This document shows positions 35,050 through 44,578 of a stretch of DNA of 49,729 nucleotides, piece by piece. Every line of letters starts with the position of its first letter. The stretch's first letter is position 1. Source of the DNA: Candidatus Bathyarchaeota archaeon (GTDB lineage: Archaea > Thermoproteota > Bathyarchaeia > Bathyarchaeales > Bathyarchaeaceae); contig CP070679.1 in the NCBI GenBank assembly GCA_020352535.1, positions 1,301,016-1,350,744 on the forward strand, given 5' to 3'. A program made the position numbers and the translations under genes. Under the pieces are notes generated by a model. It did not search any database. It was not told the DNA's origin and saw nothing but the letters and a program-made list of their open reading frames with translations.

Positions 35050-35599
35050 ACTCCCTAGCGAAGAGAGATTGAGACGAAGACTAGATTTATTGGAAGCAGC
35101 TCTCTACGTAGCTGGCCGTCCTTTGGATTCAAAGACTCTAGGGTCCATCATTAAGACTCGCTCTAAAAGTAAGGTTCAAAAGTGGGTGAGAATCCTGCAG
35201 CACGAATACAAGAACCGTGAAACAGCCCTTGAAATCTTAGAACTCGAAGATGAACGATTTGTGTTGCAGTTGAAAACTGAGTACTCACCCCAGGTTCAGA
35301 AGTTGGCTATTCGACCGCTTCTTTCTAAGGGTCCATTAAAAACGCTATCTTACATCGCTTACCGACAACCTGTCTTACAATCTCAGGTCATCGATGTTCG
35401 TGGTCATCATGCATATGGTCATCTGGGGCAACTAGCAGACATGGGCTTAATTTCCCGAGAAAGGGTTGGCAGAACCCGATTGCTACGAACTACTGGGTTC
35501 TTTGCTGATTACTTTTGTCTAAGCCACGATCTACGAACCATGAAACGGCAGTTGAAACGAGTATTCGAGGATTTCGGGAAGACAGAACCTGAGCATTAG
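35021..35599 (+). CDS. scpB: Segregation and condensation protein B (KITE, tandem winged helix)
   Basis: TTG start, 29-nt overlap with scpA. 'LLEAALYVAGRPLDSKTLGSII' and 'LKTLSYIAYRQPVLQSQVIDVRG....HLGQLADMGLI' are ScpB patterns. Confidence 0.8.
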   Translation: MAEIELESSKLPSEERLRRRLDLLEAALYVAGRPLDSKTLGSIIKTRSKSKVQKWVRILQHEYKNRETALEILELEDERFVLQLKTEYSPQVQKLAIRPLLSKGPLKTLSYIAYRQPVLQSQVIDVRGHHAYGHLGQLADMGLISRERVGRTRLLRTTGFFADYFCLSHDLRTMKRQLKRVFEDFGKTEPEH

Positions 35600-35788
35600 T
35601 CATTTAGACATCAGAGCAGAGTCAGAAGATTCAACCAGCAATTGCGCCCCTATTTATTGAGCATTCAGCGCGTCTAAGCTATTGTGCATGCTGCATATCG
35701 AATAAAGCATATATTAAGCTGGCTACAATGACCCTTTACCTAGACTCGTGAGAAGACTAAGAGGACGAAGGGCTAAGACACATATGAG

Positions 35789-37744
35789 TTGACATCTGAC
35801 AAGAAGGTGAAAGAATTGGGTAGCATTTGGTATCCTCCAGAGAAGCTTATTGAGACAAGTAACGTGAAGGCATTCATGAACAAACATGGCATAGAGAAAT
35901 ATCAAGACTTGATCAGACGATCCACAGAAGATATCGAGTGGTTTTGGAAAACAGCTGTCAAGGAGTTGAAGGTAGAATGGTTTAGCAGTTACGAGACTGT
36001 TCTAGACGCAGCTGAAATACAGTGGGCTAAATGGTTTATTGGAGGCAAACTGAACATCGCACACAATTGCATTGACAAACATGTAAAATCCTGGAGAAAG
36101 AATAAGATAGCTTTCATATGGGCAGGCGAGAATGGCGAAGAGAGGAGATACTCCTATTGGGACCTATACTTCGAGGTGAACAGATTCGCCAATGCCTTAA
36201 GAAGCTTGGGTGTCAAGAAGGGAGACACAGTAGCTCTTTGTATCCCTATGCTGCCAGAAACAGTCGTGGCACTCTTTGGTATACTGAGAATTGGCGCAGT
36301 AGTAGTTCCGATTTTCTCTGGATACAGCCCAGCAGCTGTGTCTACACGATTGAGAGACGCAGGGTCAAAGGTTCTCATAACAGCAGATGGCTACTACCGC
36401 AGAGGCAGACCTGTTAAGCTGAAAGAAAAGGTTGATGAAGCAGTCAAAGCTGCCCAGAAAGTGAAAACGGTAGTAATCTGTAAGAGGATGGATATTGACA
36501 TTCCATTGACGAAGGGAAGGGATCTATGGTGGCATGAGCTTCTAGCTGATCAGCTGGCAGAATGTGAAAGTGAGAAGATGGACTCACAAGCTCCCGCGCT
36601 GCTACTATACACTTCAGGCACAACTGCTAAGCCCAAAGGAACAGTAATTTCCCAGGTTGGTACCCTCCTCCAGAGCTCTAAGGAAATCTATTTCAACCTT
36701 GACCTAAAAGATGAGGATGTCTTCTTCTGGATTACAGATATCGGATGGATGATGGGTCCTTGGCAGCTTGTAGGTGTCCAGCATCTAGGCGGAACCCACG
36801 TAATTTTTGAGGGGGCACCTGACTACCCTAAGCCTGACAGACTATGGAGGATGATAGCCAAGCTCAGCGTCACAGCCCTTGGAGGCTCTGCTACTGTCTT
36901 CAGAATGCTAAAGAAATATGGAAATGAGTATGTTGAAGCTCATGACCTGCGCAGCCTTCGCATCTTCGGGAACACAGGAGAAGCTATAGACCCTGATACG
37001 TGGCTTTGGCTTCACAAGACGGTTGGACAAGAGAGATGCCCGATAATAAATCTCTCGGGAGGAACAGAGATATTTGGTTGCTTCCTATTACCACTACCGA
37101 TTATGCCCTTAAAGCCTTCAACGCTAGGAGGGCCAGGGCTAGGAATGGATATCGATGTCTTTGATGATAAGGGGAAGCCAGTCAGAGGTAAGGTCGGATA
37201 CCTGGTCTGTAAGAAACCTGCGCCATCCATGACTAGAGGCTTCTGGAGGGATCCTAAGAGGTATATCGAGACCTATTGGTCCAAATGGCCCAACATCTGG
37301 TATCATGGAGACTGGGCTTCAATCGACGAGGATAACTTCTGGTTCCTCCATGGGCGAGCTGACGATGTAATCAAAGTGGCTGGGAAAAGAATTGGACCTG
37401 CTGAGATAGAGTCAATCCTTAACCAACACTCAGCTGTCTATGAGTCCGCTTGTATAGGCGTACCTCACGAAGTTAAAGGTGAAGAAGTGCTGTGCCTTGT
37501 TGTTCCTAAGCCAGGCTATGATACCAACCAGGAATTAAGGGATGAGCTCGTAGGAGAGGTTGTTAGGCTTATGGGCAAGCCATTTCGGCCTCGAGATATC
37601 AGCTTCGTCGGTGACCTACCTAGAACAAGGTCTGGGAAGATTATGCGTAGACTGATGAGAGCTGTTCTACTTGGCAAAGAACTAGGTGACACCTCAGCTC
37701 TAGAGAACCCAAAAGCCCTAGAAGAGATAGCGAGAGTGGCGTAG
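35789..37744 (+). CDS. Acetyl-CoA synthetase-family AMP-forming acyl-CoA synthetase
   Basis: 'KWFIGGKLNIAHNCIDKH', AMP-binding motif 'LLLYTSGTTAKPKGTV', 'TDIGWMMGPW', 'FEGAPDYP', 'GNTGEAIDPDTWLW' and C-terminal 'LPRTRSGKIMRR'. The TTG start is uncertain; GTG at 35807 is possible. Confidence 0.85.
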   Translation: MTSDKKVKELGSIWYPPEKLIETSNVKAFMNKHGIEKYQDLIRRSTEDIEWFWKTAVKELKVEWFSSYETVLDAAEIQWAKWFIGGKLNIAHNCIDKHVKSWRKNKIAFIWAGENGEERRYSYWDLYFEVNRFANALRSLGVKKGDTVALCIPMLPETVVALFGILRIGAVVVPIFSGYSPAAVSTRLRDAGSKVLITADGYYRRGRPVKLKEKVDEAVKAAQKVKTVVICKRMDIDIPLTKGRDLWWHELLADQLAECESEKMDSQAPALLLYTSGTTAKPKGTVISQVGTLLQSSKEIYFNLDLKDEDVFFWITDIGWMMGPWQLVGVQHLGGTHVIFEGAPDYPKPDRLWRMIAKLSVTALGGSATVFRMLKKYGNEYVEAHDLRSLRIFGNTGEAIDPDTWLWLHKTVGQERCPIINLSGGTEIFGCFLLPLPIMPLKPSTLGGPGLGMDIDVFDDKGKPVRGKVGYLVCKKPAPSMTRGFWRDPKRYIETYWSKWPNIWYHGDWASIDEDNFWFLHGRADDVIKVAGKRIGPAEIESILNQHSAVYESACIGVPHEVKGEEVLCLVVPKPGYDTNQELRDELVGEVVRLMGKPFRPRDISFVGDLPRTRSGKIMRRLMRAVLLGKELGDTSALENPKALEEIARVA

Positions 37745-37796
37745 CACTAGGACGCACTAACATGTACTCTAGGGTCACAAGGCAGATAGGGCTGAT

Positions 37797-38792
37797 TTGG
37801 GGAGTGAACCATTGAAAAGCCTCACAGTCGGAATCATCGGATTAGGACCAGTAGGGTCCATTTTAGCCTCGCATCTAGCTGATTATGGAGTGGATGTAAT
37901 TGTCGAAGATATCGCTGAAGAACTTCTAGCTCAAATCAGGAAGAATGGTCTAAAAGTTTCAGGAATCCATGAATTAACTGCTGACATTGATAGGATTACG
38001 GGTTCATTAGATGAGTTGGCTGAGTCAGAGCCTGATATTATCTTCATTGCGACAAAAGCCTGTTTCTTGAGGACAGTGTTGTCTAACTTAAAATCAGTAT
38101 ACAAAGTGAAAATGAAGGTAGTTAGCTTCCAGAATGGATTGGGCAATGAGCAAGTTATTACTCAAGTTCTAGGTGTTGACACAGCATATCGTGTAGTGAT
38201 TAACTATGCAGGAGAACTGGTAAGCCCAGGTAGTGCGAAGATGAATTGGTTTCAACCGCCTAACTACGTTGGGGCTCTCAGAGATGGACAGTACACAACA
38301 GATGATACGACAGAGTACATCGCGGAAATCATGACCGCTTCAGGATTGGAGACCGAGGAATCCCAAGATATCAAGCGACACGTGTGGAAGAAGACGATTC
38401 TGAACGCTGCCCTATGTTCTGTCTGTGCCTTAACCGGTCAGACTATGAAGGAAGCCATGGAACTCAAATCCAGTCGCAATGTTGCCATAAGGATTCTTGA
38501 GGAGGGATTGCGGGTAGCTGAAGCTGATGGGTATGCTTACGGAGAGGACGCACTCGAAAAATTCGCCAGCTACCTGATGAAGGGTGGCGCTCACAAGCCT
38601 TCCATGTTAGTGGACATAGAGAATAGGCGGAAGACCGAAGTTGATTTCTTGAGCGGAGCCATCGTAAACCAAGGAAAGAAACTTGGAACTGACGCACCTA
38701 CAAATTGGGCTGTGACTCAGTTGTTGAAGACCTTAGAGGAGATGCGTCTAGAGAGGAAGCACCGGCGCCCACACGTCAAGAGTCTAATTTAG
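37797..38792 (+). CDS. Ketopantoate reductase (ApbA/PanE) family NAD(P)H-dependent 2-oxoacid reductase
   Basis: Rossmann 'VGIIGLGPVGSILASHL', 'IFIATKA', 'FQNGLGNE' and C-terminal 'KPSMLVDIENRRKTEVDFLSGAIVNQGKKLG'. TTG start. Confidence 0.75.
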   Translation: MGSEPLKSLTVGIIGLGPVGSILASHLADYGVDVIVEDIAEELLAQIRKNGLKVSGIHELTADIDRITGSLDELAESEPDIIFIATKACFLRTVLSNLKSVYKVKMKVVSFQNGLGNEQVITQVLGVDTAYRVVINYAGELVSPGSAKMNWFQPPNYVGALRDGQYTTDDTTEYIAEIMTASGLETEESQDIKRHVWKKTILNAALCSVCALTGQTMKEAMELKSSRNVAIRILEEGLRVAEADGYAYGEDALEKFASYLMKGGAHKPSMLVDIENRRKTEVDFLSGAIVNQGKKLGTDAPTNWAVTQLLKTLEEMRLERKHRRPHVKSLI

Positions 38793-38848
38793 ACTCGTAG
38801 CGACTCTTAAAAGATACTAATAGCCGAGTAAATCATATTCGTGCGACA

Positions 38849-39343
38849 TCACAGAGTCTCGAATAGCTTTGCGATGCCTTCGAAGGAGAAAGGCTTTGGA
38901 ATGAAATCATTCAGGCTAATGAGATATGTTTCATTCTCCTCAATGTCATCCCCACCTTCAGCAATTATGCTTGAGATAAACCTAGAATAGTCTGTGTAGT
39001 TTTTATGCAGTGATATGATCAGCCCATTCTTTCCTCCACCTTGACATCTAGCGGAGAAAAGTATGTTTGGGCTGTTCATAGTAACTTCTTCAGCCTTATC
39101 TGCTAGCTCTTTTCTCACCCGCGATCTGAAGCAATTGATTGCCATAATCTCAAATCCCATTTCTGAAAGATTCGGGATTACTGTGAATTCCTTTATCATA
39201 CCTTCCTTGACAAGCTTGCTTCTTGTCCTAGTAACAGTCGGCTGTGACACTCCTACAAGCTTTGCAATCTCTCGGTCGCTTCTCTTGGAATCCCTCAACA
39301 TCTCTACAAGGATTTTCCTCATCGTCCTTTTCATCTGCATCAC
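38849..39343 (-). CDS. Lrp/AsnC-family transcriptional regulator
   Basis: HTH 'ILVEMLRDSKRSDREIAKLVGVSQPTVTRTRSKLVKEGMIKEF' followed by a RAM-like domain. GAGGTG lies before the ATG. Confidence 0.8.
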   Translation of the reverse strand: MMQMKRTMRKILVEMLRDSKRSDREIAKLVGVSQPTVTRTRSKLVKEGMIKEFTVIPNLSEMGFEIMAINCFRSRVRKELADKAEEVTMNSPNILFSARCQGGGKNGLIISLHKNYTDYSRFISSIIAEGGDDIEENETYLISLNDFIPKPFSFEGIAKLFETL

Positions 39344-39488
39344 CTCTTCTGAGGTGTATCACATGCAAATAAACCTTTGTGTATTCATGACTCACGATGC
39401 ATCAGGAAAGAGTCGAGCCCAACATGCACGGACAATGCGCACACGATTGCATTCATGATACGAAAGCGCTAGCTACACCGGTGCTACG

Positions 39489-39797
39489 TTATACATATCC
39501 ATCTTTTTTCGTGCACCGTGTCAACTTTTCGCATGTCAGGCACTCGTCTGGGAACTCCGTTCGGTTAGAGAATAACTTCAGATATCCGAAGTAGTGAGGG
39601 CAGCCTGGTTGAGTCTCTTGCGCAACATCTTTAGAGCGTCTTGGAAACTTCAAGTCTCGCTCTACTAAATCAGATAATTCAATACGGTTCCTGCAGTGAG
39701 GGCAAGCATAACATGTTTCCCTAATAACCCCTGAAAGGTCAACCCTAGTGACTAGCTGATCGAACTTCTTTCCACAGTCTGGATGAGGACACCTCAA
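39489..39797 (-). CDS. Cysteine-rich zinc-ribbon protein (102 aa), unknown function
   Basis: N-terminal CxxxxC...CxxC ribbon ('CPHPDCGKKF...CYACPHCRN') and C-terminal 'GCPHYFGYL....EFPDECLTCEKLTRC' Cys cluster. TTG start. Divergent from the dehydratase genes. Confidence 0.55.
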   Translation of the reverse strand: MRCPHPDCGKKFDQLVTRVDLSGVIRETCYACPHCRNRIELSDLVERDLKFPRRSKDVAQETQPGCPHYFGYLKLFSNRTEFPDECLTCEKLTRCTKKDGYV

Positions 39798-39996
39798 TGA
39801 GGTTCAACCTAACTTGTTCTATATCAACTAGGAACTAACTCAAGCACCTGCAAATTCGTCCAGACAAAATTAAACATTTATGAATAGACAATCAGTATTC
39901 CAGACTCCCCGTAGCAGAGCCCTTTCAGCTGAGTATATACATATTCTTTAAGAGCCAAGCCTACTTAGAAGCCAATTCAAGCTTGAGTGTCCCAAC

Positions 39997-41118
39997 ATGA
40001 AGATTCTGGAGTCCTTTGGAAGAATATTATATGAAAGACACGTGATCGCAGAGAAATGGAAGGCTCAACATAGACCAGTGATAGGCTGGAATAGCACTTA
40101 TACACCGGAAGAAATCATCCTTGCCGCTGATGCGCTACCGATTAGGATTTTAGGAAGCCTTAGACCTACAACCCTAGCAGACGCATGTCTCCCTCGTAAT
40201 GCATGCTCGTTCGTCAGAAGCACCCTTGATATGGCATTAAGAGGTGACTACGCCTACTTAGATGGACTTGTAACTTCTAACTCTTGCGACAACTTCAACA
40301 AGACATACGACCTCTGGAAGTCCTACGCGAAGATTCCTTACTTCCACTTCATCAATACCCCCCACACGAATACTTCTGTGGCTCACAGCTTCTTCTGCAG
40401 GGAGATTAGAAGGCTTAAAGAATCTCTGGAAGACGCCTTCAGAACCACCATACCCAGCAAGGCAATCAATAGAGCTATTCAGCGCTGTAATGAAAATAGA
40501 GTTCTCCTCAAGAAGGTTTATGATCTGAGGAGAAAGAGCACGCCTGCTATCAATGGTGTTGAAGCACTTGAAATTGTACTATCCAGTATGCTAACCTCGA
40601 AGGAGCAACATAGTACTCTCTTAAGACAACTCCTGAAGGAGATTGAGAACCGACCCAACCCGCCTAAACCAGGTATAAGGCTCTTAATCACAGGAAGTGT
40701 AATGGACGCAACAGACCTGATAAGCATTACCGAGGCTGTTGGCGGAATTGTAGTAGCAGATGACCTATGCACGGGAACAAGATACTTTTGGAACCTTGTC
40801 AGCGCAAGCAAAGACCCCATAGATGCAATATCGAAAAGATACCTGGACAAGATACCCTCACCATCCAGATATCATCACCGAAATGGACGATTCGCCCACA
40901 TAGAAAACATGATCAGACGGTACGATGTTGAAGCTGTCATCAACTTTCTTCTGAAATTCTGCGACACCCATATGTTCGATGCCCCGCTCTTGACAGAAGA
41001 ACTGAGAAGCCAAGGAATACCTGTCTTGAACCTTGAATGGGAGCACACCAGAAGCGGGATTGCACCTTTGAAAACAAGAATTGAAGCTTTCATAGAGACT
41101 ATCAAAGGAGTGCCATGA
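39997..41118 (+). CDS. 2-hydroxyacyl-CoA dehydratase / benzoyl-CoA reductase BcrC/BadD/HgdB-family subunit
   Basis: 373 aa. 'PVIGWNSTYTPEEIILAADALPIRILG' with conserved Cys contexts (CSFVRS, NSCDNF, DLCTGTRY, KFCDTH) is typical of the HGD-D family. Confidence 0.8.
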   Translation: MKILESFGRILYERHVIAEKWKAQHRPVIGWNSTYTPEEIILAADALPIRILGSLRPTTLADACLPRNACSFVRSTLDMALRGDYAYLDGLVTSNSCDNFNKTYDLWKSYAKIPYFHFINTPHTNTSVAHSFFCREIRRLKESLEDAFRTTIPSKAINRAIQRCNENRVLLKKVYDLRRKSTPAINGVEALEIVLSSMLTSKEQHSTLLRQLLKEIENRPNPPKPGIRLLITGSVMDATDLISITEAVGGIVVADDLCTGTRYFWNLVSASKDPIDAISKRYLDKIPSPSRYHHRNGRFAHIENMIRRYDVEAVINFLLKFCDTHMFDAPLLTEELRSQGIPVLNLEWEHTRSGIAPLKTRIEAFIETIKGVP

Positions 41119-42332
41119 CGATGACAAGATTGCAGACCCTCCAAGATTTCTATCAGAAGCATGTTCAACCGTACTATCGAGATGCCCATAAAAGCCAGGA
41201 AGAGCACAAGCCTATTGCTTGGGTAGCATCTACCTTCCCTATCGAAATACTTCAAGCCATGGACATAACGCCGATATGGCCTGAAAACTATGCTTCAATT
41301 TGCGCAGCGAGACAGATTTCTGTGCAGCTCGCGGAAATCGCCGAGAATCAAGGTTACTCTAGGGATTTGTGCTCCTATGCCAGAACTGTAATCGGCGCTA
41401 TCCTAAAAGAGGATACTCAGCATCTGCCTGAAGGGGGATTACCAAAGCCTGACTTCCTTGTAGCGTCAACCGCAGCATGTGATACACATCTTAAATGGTT
41501 CCAGATCCTCAGTCACCATCTGAAGCGACCCTTGTTTCTCCTAGATTCACCCTACAACACAATGGGTGCAGACGCTGATCATCTTGAAGCTGGCTTAATA
41601 GAACAATACGTACTTCAGCTACTGGGATTAATCAAATTTCTAGAAGAACAGACAGAAACAACGCTAGATCGATCCAAGCTGCGCGAGAGTTTAGCTCTTT
41701 CAGACAATACGAGTAATCTATGGCTGGAAATTCAAGGTTACAGGAAAAACTCTCCGTCGCCGATGGGAGCCAGAGATGCTTTCTCAGCCATCTTCTTCAT
41801 GCTTAGCATCCCAGCTACAAAAGTGGCTGTGAATTTCTACCAAGCTCTACGAGACGAGGTTAGAAACTTAGTAGGAAAAGGCCTTGGAAAAATCGAAAAC
41901 GAACGGTATAGGTTGATCTGGGACAACTTGCCTATGTGGTTCAATCTGAGATTCTTTAACTATCTAAACAGCTTGGGCGCTGTCACCGTGGCTGAAACAT
42001 TCTCTCATGTCTGGACAGGAAGTTTAGACCCTTCAGAACCTCTGGAAAGCCTAGCCAAGAAATACCTTCCAAACTTCGCCAACTGCAGCCTTGACCGAAG
42101 AGTCAACCTCATTCTCCAACTAGCAGAGGATTATCAAGCCAACGCAATAATCCTCCCTACAAATTGGGGATGCAGAATGATGTCAATAGGAGAGACAGTC
42201 GTGAAAGAAGCTATATTCAAGAAGCTTGGGATTCCTAGCCTCATACTCGACGTAGATTCATCGGATTGGAGAAACTATGATGAATACCAAGTCAAAACCA
42301 AGCTTGAAACCTACCTCAAAACATTGAAATAA
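41115..42332 (+). CDS. 2-hydroxyacyl-CoA dehydratase-family subunit (partner of 39997-41118)
   Basis: 405 aa. 'KPIAWVASTFPIEILQAMDITPIWPENYASICAARQ', 'DLCSYART', 'AACDTHLKW', 'NWGCRMM'. ATGA overlap with the upstream subunit indicates translational coupling. Confidence 0.8.
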   Translation: MTMTRLQTLQDFYQKHVQPYYRDAHKSQEEHKPIAWVASTFPIEILQAMDITPIWPENYASICAARQISVQLAEIAENQGYSRDLCSYARTVIGAILKEDTQHLPEGGLPKPDFLVASTAACDTHLKWFQILSHHLKRPLFLLDSPYNTMGADADHLEAGLIEQYVLQLLGLIKFLEEQTETTLDRSKLRESLALSDNTSNLWLEIQGYRKNSPSPMGARDAFSAIFFMLSIPATKVAVNFYQALRDEVRNLVGKGLGKIENERYRLIWDNLPMWFNLRFFNYLNSLGAVTVAETFSHVWTGSLDPSEPLESLAKKYLPNFANCSLDRRVNLILQLAEDYQANAIILPTNWGCRMMSIGETVVKEAIFKKLGIPSLILDVDSSDWRNYDEYQVKTKLETYLKTLK

Positions 42333-42340
42333 CAGGAGAG

Positions 42341-43912
42341 TCAGAGAAGGTCAGAGTAGTGTTCTTTAAGCTTTCTATGTAAAATCTTTCCCGTTGCTGC
42401 TCGAGGCATTTCCGCATAGTCGATGAAAATCACTCTCTTCGGCTTCTTGTATCCAGCCATCTTTCCCCTACACCATTCAATGATGTCATTGCTGGTTGCG
42501 GTTTCACCATCTCGTAATACAACAACAGCGGTTACAGCCTCACCCCACCTATCATCCGGAAGGCCTATCACTGCGACGTCGCGGACTTTCGGGTTTGAGG
42601 AGATTATCGCCCCAACCTCTGATGGGTAGACATGCTCTCCTCCAGTGATAATCATATTGTCTTTCCGGTCGACAATGTAGTAGTAGCCTTCTGCATCACG
42701 CTTCACTAGATCTCCTGCACTGAAGAAGCCATCTATAAAAGCAGCCTCCGTCTTCTCAGGCATCTTGTAATACTCATCAAACATCATTGGACCTCTAGAA
42801 TATAGTTCGCCAACTTCATCAATAGCGACTTCATACCTGCCTTTCCCTAGAAGCCGAATCGCATCGATACCCAAGCATTCCCTCCCGATTGAACCAATCT
42901 TTCTCAATTGGTCTTCTGGCTTGAGTATTGTAACGAGACCAGCTTCCGTAGAGCCATATGCCTCATAAAGCTCAACCCCTGGAAAGCATGCCATGATCTC
43001 ACGCTTTATCTTACCTCTAGCTGGAGCAGATGAGCACAACAGCTTAGATAATGATCCTGTATCGAATTGCCGGCGCTCCTCATCAGGAATACTTAGAATC
43101 AGGCTGTAATGTGTTGGAATTAATGAGGTGAATGTTATCTTCTCCCTATGGACAGACTTCAACAGCTCAACTGGATTGAACCCTTTGTCGCGACCAATGA
43201 ACAGAGATCCACCAACGTAAAGGAAGAGGAGTCCATAAAAGGTGGAGTTCACGTGGAAGAGAGGCATGATAATCATTCCATAATCCTTCTCTGAGAGGCC
43301 AAATTCCACAGTGTTAACTAGGAAAAATGCAACATATGATTCGTGGGACCTGACAACACCCTTGGGAAAACCTGTTGTCCCTGAAGTGTAAATTTGAGCC
43401 CACGTGTCTTTGCCCGTTACTTCCACATTGGGCTTATGACTCGGGGAATCCGCAATCAAGTCCTCAAGATTCATATAGCCGCTAGGCTTGGTCTTGCCTA
43501 CAACTATGTAGTTGCTTCGTCCCACCTTTCTGAACGTCGACCGAAGCGCATCAATCTGATTCGTAAACTCTTCGAAAACTATGATCGCTTTGGCATCAGA
43601 GTTGGCAACAACGTACTGGATTTCCTTCCCAACATAGCGCCAGCTGACTGGAGCAATCACCAATCCAGCTTTAGCAGTTGCACAATATATCTCGACAAAT
43701 TCGACACAGTTGTACAGCAAGACCGCAACACGATCACCTTTACATAAGCCTAAACCAAGCAAGCCATTAGCCAGCTTATTTACCCTGTTATTCAGCTCCG
43801 AATATGTCCTAGTAGTTTCGCACCAATCCTTGACAGCTAATTTCTCAGGATACTTCTTGGCGTGAACGCTTAAAATCTCCCCTAGGTTTAACCAAGCCAT
43901 AATCGACTTCAC
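42341..43912 (-). CDS. AMP-dependent acyl-CoA synthetase/ligase (FadD-like, medium/long-chain or aryl)
   Basis: 'WAQIYTSGTTGFPKGVVRSH', 'YGSTEAG', 'GDLVKRDAEGYYYIVDRKDNMIITGGEHVYPSEV' and 'PRAATGKILHRKL'. Confidence 0.85.
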   Translation of the reverse strand: MKSIMAWLNLGEILSVHAKKYPEKLAVKDWCETTRTYSELNNRVNKLANGLLGLGLCKGDRVAVLLYNCVEFVEIYCATAKAGLVIAPVSWRYVGKEIQYVVANSDAKAIIVFEEFTNQIDALRSTFRKVGRSNYIVVGKTKPSGYMNLEDLIADSPSHKPNVEVTGKDTWAQIYTSGTTGFPKGVVRSHESYVAFFLVNTVEFGLSEKDYGMIIMPLFHVNSTFYGLLFLYVGGSLFIGRDKGFNPVELLKSVHREKITFTSLIPTHYSLILSIPDEERRQFDTGSLSKLLCSSAPARGKIKREIMACFPGVELYEAYGSTEAGLVTILKPEDQLRKIGSIGRECLGIDAIRLLGKGRYEVAIDEVGELYSRGPMMFDEYYKMPEKTEAAFIDGFFSAGDLVKRDAEGYYYIVDRKDNMIITGGEHVYPSEVGAIISSNPKVRDVAVIGLPDDRWGEAVTAVVVLRDGETATSNDIIEWCRGKMAGYKKPKRVIFIDYAEMPRAATGKILHRKLKEHYSDLL

Positions 43913-44113
43913 CGCTCAACGCTAACCTTGAGCTCTGCTGGAGCTTTAAAATGTTGCCAGCTAGTGGAGGTTGGATGCTTAGAAGGCTCTACACTTAGCC
44001 TTCTCAAGTCATCCTGTGACATTACTTTCATTAGACTCCCTCCACTCGTTCGGCTGACGCCAAGCAAATCGCCTTAAGTAGGAGGAATTATCAGAACCGG
44101 TTGAGGAGCATCA

Positions 44114-44263
44114 ATGACCCAGCACGCTGAGCATTGCAGAAACCCCTGGAACGGTAAATGCAGGAACACCGACATAGAAGTCTACATATACCACAGAGGT
44201 GAACGCCAGCCAATATGCCGAATCTGCTGGCAAGAAATAGCAGAGAAAGATCTCGAATGGTAG
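44114..44263 (+). CDS. Candidate 49-aa zinc-binding micro-protein (MTQHAEHCRNPWNGKCRNTDIEVYIYHRGERQPICRICWQEIAEKDLEW)
   Basis: Below the track cutoff. GAGGAG lies 6 nt before the ATG. Ligand spacing is C-x7-C...C-x2-C. Its stop is 3 nt before the next ORF. Confidence 0.4.
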   Translation: MTQHAEHCRNPWNGKCRNTDIEVYIYHRGERQPICRICWQEIAEKDLEW

Positions 44264-44266
44264 AGA

Positions 44267-44449
44267 GTGATGGCTTTGCCCTTACGGATTACTTGTCAAG
44301 AGTGTGGTTCTATTCTCTACGAAGGAGCAGAGCTGAAGCCGCCTTACGAAATCATCAGCATCTTCGACGGCAAATGCCCAAGTTGTGGCAAGAGGTTGTC
44401 TAGCATCCCAGCGCAAGTTGAAATACAGCCTATTACAGAACCAGATTGA
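44267..44449 (+). CDS. 60-aa zinc-ribbon protein
   Basis: 'CQECGSILYEG...(19)...CPSCGKRL' is a classical CxxC...CxxC ribbon. Start is GTG 44267 or ATG 44270. Tightly follows the previous micro-ORF. Confidence 0.5.
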   Translation: MMALPLRITCQECGSILYEGAELKPPYEIISIFDGKCPSCGKRLSSIPAQVEIQPITEPD

Positions 44450-44578
44450 GAAAACCACAAAATCTTGACTAGTTACGCCCCGCATTTAGGGGCTTGAAGA
44501 TCCCCCATCTCAGTATTTTTACCTGAAACCGCAAGCACTCTGTGAGCAATTACGCTTTGTATCCTTGGAGAGGGTGGT

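Noticed and set aside
44215-44485. ORFs at 44215-44403 (+) and 44282-44485 (-) overlapping the zinc-ribbon genes
   Set aside because: They are out of frame or antisense to ORFs that have clear CxxC ligand geometry and SD sequences. They show no features of their own.
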